From an archaeon (GTDB taxonomy: Archaea > Iainarchaeota > Iainarchaeia > Iainarchaeales > 1-14-0-10-31-34): a DNA stretch of 32,000 bases. Location of the stretch: positions 120,001 through 152,000 of the forward strand of contig JAJRVL010000004.1 of the NCBI GenBank assembly GCA_024277355.1. Direction: 5' to 3'. Positions 17,495-24,515 of the stretch are shown here, piece by piece; position 1 is the first letter of the stretch; every line of letters begins with the position of its first letter. The position numbers and the translations under genes were made by a program. The notes under the pieces were generated by a model. The model was not told the origin of the DNA. It saw only the letters and a list, made by a program, of their open reading frames with translations, and did no database searches.

Positions 17495-18065
17495 AAAAAT
17501 CAAATTAAAAATTCCTTTTAACGAAAAAGAAATCAAAGAATTAAACACAGGGGATTTTGTTGAATTAACTGGAACAATTTTTCTGGGAAGAGATAAAGTG
17601 CACAAAAAATTAAGTGAAAGAATTGATGAAAAACTGAAAGAAAAATTAAAAGGAAAAATGATTTATCATTGCGGTCCAATAGCAAAAAAAGAAGAAAAAT
17701 GGAAAATTATTTCAGCAGGACCAACTACAAGCATTAGAGTAGAAAAATTCATGCCAAAAATAATTGAAGAATATAAAATAAAAGGAATTATGGGAAAAGG
17801 CGGAATGGGAAAAAATACTCTTAAATCATTAAAAGAAAATAATGCAGTTTATTTTTTAGCAGTAGGCGGAACTGCTGCATTATTAGCCAAAAAAATAACT
17901 GAAGTAAAAAATGTTTTTTTTCTGGAAGAGTTTGGAGTTCCGGAAGCATTATGGGAAGTTGAAATAAAAGATTTTCCTGCAATAGTTTCAATGGATTCAA
18001 AAGGAAACAGTTTACATGACAAAATAAAAGAAAACTCCATTAAAAAATTAAGTGAACTAAAATAA
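17487..18065 (+). CDS. Fe-S hydro-lyase beta subunit (class I fumarate hydratase / tartrate dehydratase type, 192 aa)
   Basis: GTIFLGRD..H, HCGPI, GPTTS.R and GKGGMG motifs of the beta-type domain. It overlaps the alpha gene by 8 nt. Confidence 0.85.
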   Translation: MTEKIKLKIPFNEKEIKELNTGDFVELTGTIFLGRDKVHKKLSERIDEKLKEKLKGKMIYHCGPIAKKEEKWKIISAGPTTSIRVEKFMPKIIEEYKIKGIMGKGGMGKNTLKSLKENNAVYFLAVGGTAALLAKKITEVKNVFFLEEFGVPEALWEVEIKDFPAIVSMDSKGNSLHDKIKENSIKKLSELK

Positions 18066-18074
18066 TAAGAGACT

Positions 18075-19190
18075 ATGAAAGTAAACGGAAAACATTTCAG
18101 AAGCATTTGGCTTGAAGGAAAAAAAATTAAAGTAATTGACCAGAGAAATCTTCCTCATAAATTTGAAATCGAAGAATTAACTAATTTAGAGGAAGTTATT
18201 ACTGCAATAAAAGACATGCATGTAAGAGGCGCTCCATTAATTGGAGCAACAGCTGGTTTTGGAATGTATTTAGCAGTAAAAAAAGCAGAAGAAAAAAAAT
18301 CTGAGGAAATAATTGAAGAATCAGCAAAACAGTTAATTCAAGCAAGACCTACTGCAGTTGACTTAAAATGGACAGTAGAAAAACAACTGAAAGAAATTAA
18401 AAAAGGAAATTCATTTAAAGAAAAAAAAGAAATTGCTTTTAAAACCGCAAAAAAGATTACTGATAATTCAGCTGAACAATGCAGAAAAATCGGGGAATTT
18501 GGAGTTAAGTTAATTAAAGAAATTTCAGAAAAAAAGAAAGCAAAAACAGTTAATATTCTTACACATTGTAACGCAGGATGGCTGGCTTGCGTTGATTTTG
18601 GAACTGCAACTGCCCCTATTTATAAAGCACAAAAAAATGGAATTAAAATTCATGTCTGGGTTGATGAAACAAGACCAAGATTACAAGGAATGCTTACTTC
18701 ATGGGAATTAATGCAGCAAAAAATACCTCATACAATTATTGCTGATAATACTGGAGGCCATTTAATGCAGAAAGGATTAGTTGATTTATGTATTACTGGA
18801 GCAGATAGAGTTGCATTAAATGGAGATGCAGCAAATAAAATTGGAACTTATCTGAAAGCTTTAGCTGCAAAAGATAATGAAATTCCATTTTATGTTGCTT
18901 TGCCTTCTTCTACTTTTGATTTAAATTTAGAAAACGGAAAAAACATTCCAATTGAAGAAAGAAATGAAAATGAAATAAAATTTATTAAAGGATTAAATAA
19001 AGAAAAAATAACTGAAGTTTTAATTGCTCCTGAAAAAAGTTCAGCTAGAAATTTTGGTTTTGATGTAACTCCTGCAAGACTGATTGCCGGATTAATTACT
19101 GAAAAAGGAATCTGCAAACTAGATAAAAAAAGCATTTTAAAATTATTCCCTGAATTCAAAAAAAGATTAATTAATGATTTAAATGAGTGA
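18075..19190 (+). CDS. mtnA: Methylthioribose-1-phosphate isomerase-type protein (eIF-2B alpha/beta/delta-related family, 371 aa)
   Basis: Motifs IDQRNLPH, VRGAPLIGATAGFG, THCNAG and GADRVALNGDAANKIGTY match the MtnA pattern. I cannot exclude a ribose-1,5-bisphosphate isomerase role, which belongs to the same family. Confidence 0.8.
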   Translation: MKVNGKHFRSIWLEGKKIKVIDQRNLPHKFEIEELTNLEEVITAIKDMHVRGAPLIGATAGFGMYLAVKKAEEKKSEEIIEESAKQLIQARPTAVDLKWTVEKQLKEIKKGNSFKEKKEIAFKTAKKITDNSAEQCRKIGEFGVKLIKEISEKKKAKTVNILTHCNAGWLACVDFGTATAPIYKAQKNGIKIHVWVDETRPRLQGMLTSWELMQQKIPHTIIADNTGGHLMQKGLVDLCITGADRVALNGDAANKIGTYLKALAAKDNEIPFYVALPSSTFDLNLENGKNIPIEERNENEIKFIKGLNKEKITEVLIAPEKSSARNFGFDVTPARLIAGLITEKGICKLDKKSILKLFPEFKKRLINDLNE

Positions 19191-20346
19191 AGAATCCATT
19201 AAATTTCATTGTAAATTAATTAAAGGAAATTCTCCTGAAAAAATAAAGAAATTAAATCAATGGAGAAACAAACTTTTTTCTTTGAATTTAATCGGCGCAT
19301 ATTCTGATGGAATTGGCTTTGGTAATTTAAGCGAAAAAACAAAAAAAGGATTTATTGTTTCAGGAACTGCAACAGGAACAATAAAAGAATTAAAAGCAAA
19401 ACATTATGCTGAAGTAACTGGATTTAATTTAAATGAAAATTCTTTGGTTTGTAGAGGAAAAATCAAGGCTTCAAGTGAATCATTAACTCATGCAGCAGCA
19501 TATTCTTCAAGCAAAAAAATTAATGCAGTAATTCATGTTCATTCACTTAAAATGTGGAATGCATTAAAAGACAAAGTTCCAACAACAAAAAAAGGAATTT
19601 TATATGGTACCATTGAAATGGCAGAAGAAATCAAAAGATTAATGAAACAAAAAAAAATAATGCAGAAAAAAATTATTGTAATGAAAGGCCATAAAAAAGG
19701 AATAATTTGTTTTGGAAAAGATTTAGATGAAGCAGGAAATATTCTGCTTAATTATTTGAATGGAATTAATTCAGCTGAATTCCCAAAAAATTTAGTTAAA
19801 TTTCTGAAAGAAGAAAAATTAAAGTTAATTAAAAAAATAGCTAAAGGGCATTCAAGTGAAATTTTTTTAGTTAAAAAAAGAAAAAAAGAATTTGCTTTGA
19901 AAATAGAAAAAGTTAAGTCAACAAGAAATAAAATGGCTGAAAGAGAAACAGAAAATTTAATTAAAGCTAATTCTGTTAAAGTTGGACCGTTAATTTATGG
20001 TTTTGACTTAAAAAAAAGAATTATTTTAATGGAATTTATTAAAGGAAAAACTTTTAGAGAATGGCTTTTTGGATTAAAGAAAAATAAAAAAAACAAATTA
20101 ATTCTAAAAAAATTCATTAAAGAATTATTGCTTCATGCTGAAAAATTAGATGAAATTGGATTAGACCACGGCCAGTTAGCAGGAAGAGGAGTAAATATTT
20201 TAGTTAAAAGAAATAAACCTGTAATAATTGATTTTGAAAAAGCTTCATTAAACAGAAAAGTTCACAATCAAACAGTATTAGAATCTTTTTTGTTTAAAAA
20301 CCCTAATTCTATGATAACAAAAAAAGTAAAAGAAATTTTAAGTTAA
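19183..20346 (+). CDS. Two-domain fusion: class II aldolase/adducin-like N-domain plus protein-kinase-like (Bud32/RIO/APH-type) C-domain (387 aa)
   Basis: N-domain: GFGNLSEK..GFIVSGTATG, SSESLTHAAAY, NAVIHVHS and the late MKGHKKG..FG. C-domain: FALKIEK (beta3 Lys), ILMEFIKG hinge, HGQLAGRGVNILV catalytic-loop equivalent and IIDFEKA (DFG equivalent). It overlaps mtnA by 8 nt. Confidence 0.6.
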   Translation: MSEESIKFHCKLIKGNSPEKIKKLNQWRNKLFSLNLIGAYSDGIGFGNLSEKTKKGFIVSGTATGTIKELKAKHYAEVTGFNLNENSLVCRGKIKASSESLTHAAAYSSSKKINAVIHVHSLKMWNALKDKVPTTKKGILYGTIEMAEEIKRLMKQKKIMQKKIIVMKGHKKGIICFGKDLDEAGNILLNYLNGINSAEFPKNLVKFLKEEKLKLIKKIAKGHSSEIFLVKKRKKEFALKIEKVKSTRNKMAERETENLIKANSVKVGPLIYGFDLKKRIILMEFIKGKTFREWLFGLKKNKKNKLILKKFIKELLLHAEKLDEIGLDHGQLAGRGVNILVKRNKPVIIDFEKASLNRKVHNQTVLESFLFKNPNSMITKKVKEILS

Positions 20347-20402
20347 AAAAAACTATTAAATAACCGTTTATTAATTAAAAAAAAAAGAAAAAGAAAAGAA
20401 AT

Positions 20403-20909
20403 TCATTTTTTGCTTGGAATTTCTTCTGTGTATTTGTTAACAAAAGTTTTTCTTAAAACAAATTTTCTGTCAACTTCGCTGATTAAAACATCGCATGCTA
20501 TTTTGATTGCTTCCATTTCTTTAATTAAACGTTCTTTTTCTAATTCAATTTCTGAAACATTTTCATATGTTTCAATTGCATCCCAAAACATTGAACCATC
20601 AACATAAGTGTATGGATGAGAATTCATTTTTTTGGCTATTCTTTCAACCATTTTTCCTAGCCATAAATTCATTTCAACTTTAACTTGTCCTTTAATTTGT
20701 TTTCCTTTGTCAAGGTTTTTTCTTAACATATTGACAATAGTTGCTTTAGGAAAAGGAAGATTTAAATCATCAGAATCTTCTTCACTTATATCTTCTGGAA
20801 TTGCAACATCAGATTCTTCAGCTAAGTCTGCTGCCTGTTCTTCTAATTCCTGTTTTTCTTTTTCTTCAGCTTTTTTTTCCTTTATTTCGGATTTATGTTC
20901 TTTAGTCAT
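20403..20909 (-). CDS. Histone-fold-like protein with an acidic N-terminal extension and a helical C-terminal extension (168 aa from ATG 20909; the track starts at TTG 20915)
   Basis: The core LPFPKATIVNMLRKNL-DKGKQIKGQ-VKVEMNLWLGKMVERIAKKMNSH-PYTYVDGS-MFWDAIE fits helix1-loop-helix2-loop-helix3 of archaeal histones (compare ELPIAPIGRII...). GGGGGT lies 10 nt upstream of ATG 20909. Confidence 0.45.
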   Translation of the reverse strand: MTKEHKSEIKEKKAEEKEKQELEEQAADLAEESDVAIPEDISEEDSDDLNLPFPKATIVNMLRKNLDKGKQIKGQVKVEMNLWLGKMVERIAKKMNSHPYTYVDGSMFWDAIETYENVSEIELEKERLIKEMEAIKIACDVLISEVDRKFVLRKTFVNKYTEEIPSKK

Positions 20910-21029
20910 TAGCAATTTACCCCCTAAAAAAACAATAGTAAGTGCTACAAATTGTATATAACATTAAAGAAGAGTTTAGAATATAAAGCCTTTCTGTAAA
21001 GAAAAGATTAATACTTTAAAAACTTTTGG

Positions 21030-21105
21030 GTTTACTCATTGAATCCATATCACACATTGTCTTGCAAATAACAATACTTCTATTGCAGTAATAATAAAGA
21101 AAAAA
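21030..21105 (-). repeat. Degenerate tandem copy of the 3' end of gene 21111..21428
   Basis: The 76 bp match 21109..21177 (69 bp) apart from one substitution (21041 G versus 21120 A) and a 7-bp insertion (tcacaca, 21050-21056) that breaks the ghost reading frame. The two copies are separated by only 3 nt. Confidence 0.9.
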
Positions 21106-21110
21106 TTTGT

Positions 21111-21428
21111 TTACTCATTAAATCCATATTGTCTTGCAAATAACAATACTTCTATTGCAGTAATAATAAAGAAAAAACTAGCAATATAAGAAATCCATGC
21201 ACTAATTACTAATACAGGAATAGAAGAAAAATCATAAATAAACGAAATAAAATTAAATAAATGCAAAGAAAAAAACATTAATGAAGTTAAAAAAATCCAT
21301 CGCGTAATTGCCTTTAATTCAGTTGAATTAAATTTTAATGAACTTTGAAAAGAAACAACAACAGCAATTAAAATTAAAATCATGCTTGAAACATTAAGCA
21401 ATGAAGTAAAAGATAATTCTAATACCAT
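21111..21428 (-). CDS. Small 3-TM membrane protein (105 aa), cassette 2, third gene
   Basis: Track ORF with a TAATG overlap to the upstream gene, three TM helices and the tail LLFARQYGFNE. Confidence 0.8.
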   Translation of the reverse strand: MVLELSFTSLLNVSSMILILIAVVVSFQSSLKFNSTELKAITRWIFLTSLMFFSLHLFNFISFIYDFSSIPVLVISAWISYIASFFFIITAIEVLLFARQYGFNE

Positions 21429-21751
21429 TAAAACAACCTTTTATTTTTCATTCCAAATTTTTCTGAAAACCTTAATGCTTCAAATGAAGTTAAAATTAAG
21501 CCAATTGCAGTTGAAATAACAAAAAAAGAACGAATACCATAAATTAATTCAAGTTCATAATTCAAATAAACCATTATTAAAATAAAAAATTGACCTGAAA
21601 CAAAAATTAATAAAGAATAAAAAAAATGCCTTAAAACATTCTTTAATTTTCCTTCATTAAATCTACTCAATGCTCCAAAAAACAACGAAACAGTTAAAAA
21701 AGAAATAATAAAACTTATAAAACTTGAAGTAAACTCAAAGCCTATATTCAT
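21428..21751 (-). CDS. Small 3-TM membrane protein (107 aa), cassette 2, second gene
   Basis: Track ORF with an ATGA overlap to the upstream gene and GAGGT upstream. It has three TM helices and the tail LRFSEKFGMKNKRLF. Confidence 0.8.
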   Translation of the reverse strand: MNIGFEFTSSFISFIISFLTVSLFFGALSRFNEGKLKNVLRHFFYSLLIFVSGQFFILIMVYLNYELELIYGIRSFFVISTAIGLILTSFEALRFSEKFGMKNKRLF

Positions 21752-22305
21752 TTTTTTACCTCAATTATTTTGTCGCAGAATTGTGAAACCTGTGCAATTA
21801 AATTTTCATCAACATTTTTCTGCAAAGAAATTAAAACTCCTTTAATTTTCCATTCCCTCATTTTTCCTGTTAAAAAATGCGCAAACTTTGAAACACTTTT
21901 TGACTGATTATAAATTAATAAAGTGCTTAAAGAATCAAAGAAAATAAATCTGTCTTCTTTTTGTTTCATTGAATTAAATGCTTCACCTAAAGCAATACCT
22001 AATTCAGTTAAACTGTTAGGAGAATTAATAAACAAACAATTTGGAACTTCTTTTGCTTCCCCTGAAATAGTTAAAGTAATTGCATCAATAAAAAAAATGT
22101 TTTTTGTATTAATTTTATTTTTTTTTAGTACTTCATTTAAGCTTTCAAAAGGCCTGTTAACAGTAACATAAATTCCTTTTTCTTTAAATTTATTAGTTAA
22201 AATATCCAAAATTTTAAGGTTTGTCGCAAAATATTTTTTTTCATCAGACAAAATTAAAGCAATTTCCTTATCTGAAACCTTTGATAACTCTTTTTCTAAA
22301 TCCAT
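21748..22305 (-). CDS. KaiC/RecA-fold-like protein lacking a Walker A loop (185 aa), cassette 2, first gene
   Basis: It aligns over its full length with 14825..15385 (IYVTVNRP, IFFIDAIT, INSPNSLTELGIAL, IFFDSLSTLLIYN, SKFAHFL, IAQVSQFCD). The P-loop position reads LSDEKKYFA. An A/T-rich box lies ~30 nt upstream and there is no SD. Confidence 0.75.
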   Translation of the reverse strand: MDLEKELSKVSDKEIALILSDEKKYFATNLKILDILTNKFKEKGIYVTVNRPFESLNEVLKKNKINTKNIFFIDAITLTISGEAKEVPNCLFINSPNSLTELGIALGEAFNSMKQKEDRFIFFDSLSTLLIYNQSKSVSKFAHFLTGKMREWKIKGVLISLQKNVDENLIAQVSQFCDKIIEVKK

Positions 22306-22380
22306 TTAAAACACTTAAAAAGAAAAACTTAATACTTAAATAAAAAAGCTTTAAGAGTTAATAAACCTTACTAAAATTTA

Positions 22381-23058
22381 TTAAATGATTTTCAACAGTT
22401 CATTTACATCTTTTATTTCATAATCTGCTTTAACTTTTTTTGAAAAAAATTTCTGCCCATATTTAGCTAAACAGGTTTTCATTCCAACTTTTTTTGCACC
22501 TAAAATGTCTCTTTCAGGATTATCTCCAACAAAAAGAATTTCATTTGGATTAAATTTTAATTCTTTTAATGCTTTTTTAAAAGGGAGTTTACTTGGTTTT
22601 AATTTTCCTGTGTCATCTAAAGTAACCACAAAATCAAAATAATGAGTCATATTCATTTCAGCCAACCTTAACCAAGCCCTCATTCTTGGAGCATCAGAAA
22701 CAATTCCCAGCACTAAATTTTTTTCTTTTAATTTTACTAAAGTACTTCTTACATGAGGATAAGGGAACAAAAAGCCTGCCTGAACTCTTCTATAAGAAGC
22801 AATTCCATTGCTTAAAATCCTGTAATCAATTTTTTTAATTGTTTTTTCCAAAAACTTCTGGAAAATTCGCTGGTCTTCAATACCATATTCTTTAAATAAT
22901 TCAAACAAAATTTTTTCTGCTTTCTTTTCATTGATATTTAATCCTGAATCAATCATTGCCTGAATTGCAGCATTAGAACTTTCAGTTTTCATTCTCATAA
23001 AATCAATTAAAGTGTTATCCAAATCAAATAAAACTGCTTTAATCTTTTCTTTTTTCAT
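22381..23058 (-). CDS. HAD-superfamily hydrolase (225 aa)
   Basis: Motif I is FDLDNTLIDF (DxDxT), motif II is IVSDAP, and motifs III/IV are K...VGDNPERDILGA. Confidence 0.85.
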   Translation of the reverse strand: MKKEKIKAVLFDLDNTLIDFMRMKTESSNAAIQAMIDSGLNINEKKAEKILFELFKEYGIEDQRIFQKFLEKTIKKIDYRILSNGIASYRRVQAGFLFPYPHVRSTLVKLKEKNLVLGIVSDAPRMRAWLRLAEMNMTHYFDFVVTLDDTGKLKPSKLPFKKALKELKFNPNEILFVGDNPERDILGAKKVGMKTCLAKYGQKFFSKKVKADYEIKDVNELLKII

Positions 23059-23111
23059 TTTTCCAAATCCTGTTAAATTTTTCTTTATGTTCCCAGATCC
23101 TGTTAATTTTT

Positions 23112-23537
23112 TTATTTTTCTAAATCCAATAAAAATAATTCTGTTTCTTTATCTTTTTTTCTTTCAGTTTTTTCTTCAAATTTTTGAATAAAAATTTCCA
23201 TTGTTGCTCCTACAATTCCTGAAACAAAATGGCCTCCAAAAACACTGAAATCATTTTTTCCTAAAGTAATATGAACATGCATAAAAGGTTTTTCTTCTTT
23301 TAATGCAATGTTTCCAATAAAAGACAAAACTTCCAAGTCTTCTTCAAAAACTTTATTTATATATTTTTTTTCTGTTAAAGAAAAATGAGCTATTTCTGCT
23401 TTCTCCAGTGCTCCAATGCCTTTAACTAAACCAAAAAAAACTTTTTCTTTTTCACAAAATTCAGTTATTTTTTCAGCAATGTTTTCTCCTTTAATTAATT
23501 TTAAAATAAAACCAGAAGAAATTTTTTTGTATTCCAT
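23112..23537 (-). CDS. PPC (DUF296) domain protein (141 aa)
   Basis: The pattern L..GE.I.E.I..F......G...GIGA...A.I.........[FL]...LE[VIL]LS..GNI.......HVH..L......GGH...G.V..T.E matches the PPC/DUF296 fold. Confidence 0.7.
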   Translation of the reverse strand: MEYKKISSGFILKLIKGENIAEKITEFCEKEKVFFGLVKGIGALEKAEIAHFSLTEKKYINKVFEEDLEVLSFIGNIALKEEKPFMHVHITLGKNDFSVFGGHFVSGIVGATMEIFIQKFEEKTERKKDKETELFLLDLEK

Positions 23538-23592
23538 TTAAACCAACAACAAAATAGTAAAAAACTAATTAAAAATTAATTGCCTTAGTCTG

Positions 23593-23612
23593 CTGCCGGT
23601 TTTGTCCGGCAG
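23593..23612 (-). other. GC-rich hairpin CTGCCGG-TTTTGT-CCGGCAG
   Basis: A perfect 7-bp stem. It lies 3' of the C/D sRNA on the minus strand and 5' of a T-rich tract and the PPC gene start. Each of this hairpin and the AAGGATT/AATCCTT hairpin (23627-23651) is preceded on the minus strand by GTTACTG. Confidence 0.5.
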
Positions 23613-23667
23613 TAACGAAATATATAAAGGATTTCATTTTATTCAATCCTTCAGTAACATAAAAATA

Positions 23668-23725
23668 TGCCTCAGTCCGCCCATCTTTCATCATGATTCA
23701 GCGTCATCGTCAGATCATCATTGGC
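23668..23725 (-). ncRNA. C/D-box sRNA (archaeal 2'-O-methylation guide), ~58 nt
   Basis: The minus strand reads gcc-A-ATGATGA(C)-tctgacgatgacg-CTGA(D')-atc-ATGATGA(C')-aagatgggcgga-CTGA(D)-ggc-a. Box consensus is canonical. Spacers are 13 and 12 nt, and 5' GCC pairs with 3' GGC as the terminal stem. TTTTATTT lies ~22 nt upstream. Confidence 0.75.
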
Positions 23726-23894
23726 AAAAAAAACTAAGTGAAAAAACAAATAAAAAACAATGCAAAAAAGAATTACCCAAACTTTTTTTAATATAAGTTT
23801 ATTTCTTTAGTATAACTAAAAATAGTTTTTCATTTTTAAAGTCAATTACATTTAATACAAAAAGAATAAATAAATTAAAAACAAGTAATTAATT

Positions 23895-24464
23895 ATGCCT
23901 AAACCAAAAATAACAAGACAAGGAATTAAAAGAGTAATAAAAGGCTGGAAAGGAATTTCAAATAAAAATTTAAAGATAGCAGAAAAAAACATGCTTTATC
24001 TTGCAAAAAAAGAAAGTGCAATAAAAGCAATTAAAGAATTAGAAACTCAAACACAAAAGACTCCGGTAAATGAATTTAAAAAAAACATGGAAAAAATAAT
24101 TATAGAATCATTAAAAAAAGGAGAATCAATAAGTCAACCTCATTTTACTAAAGCAATAACTAACAAAGGAATAAAAATTATGATTAATCTAAGTTCAAAG
24201 CATGCTTTAGATTCAATAAATGAATTTAATCCTGAAAAAAGAAAACACATAAGAAAACAATTATATAAAATAGATACTGCTGCAAAATATGGCGGTGTTA
24301 TTTCAAAGAACTCAGCATTAAATGCTTATAAAGAAATTGAAAACACTCTGGGAAGAACCAAAATGAAAATATTTTTAATAAACTATAGTAAAACCGCAAA
24401 TAAATTAAGCAAAGTAATTGAAAAATTAATAGAAAATCCACCAATAAATGAATTACTTAAATAA
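23895..24464 (+). CDS. Lys-rich basic protein (189 aa), function unknown
   Basis: Track ORF. It begins MPKPK like 11986..12273 (MPRTP). No recognisable motif. Confidence 0.65.
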   Translation: MPKPKITRQGIKRVIKGWKGISNKNLKIAEKNMLYLAKKESAIKAIKELETQTQKTPVNEFKKNMEKIIIESLKKGESISQPHFTKAITNKGIKIMINLSSKHALDSINEFNPEKRKHIRKQLYKIDTAAKYGGVISKNSALNAYKEIENTLGRTKMKIFLINYSKTANKLSKVIEKLIENPPINELLK

Positions 24465-24515
24465 AAACACTATTTTAAATATAAAAAAAATAATTAAAAA
24501 AAAGAAAAGGAAAAA

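Noticed and set aside
23602-23796. A 64-aa plus-strand ORF
   Set aside because: It lies opposite the canonical C/D-box sRNA and its trailing hairpins. The locally higher GC is explained by the RNA features.
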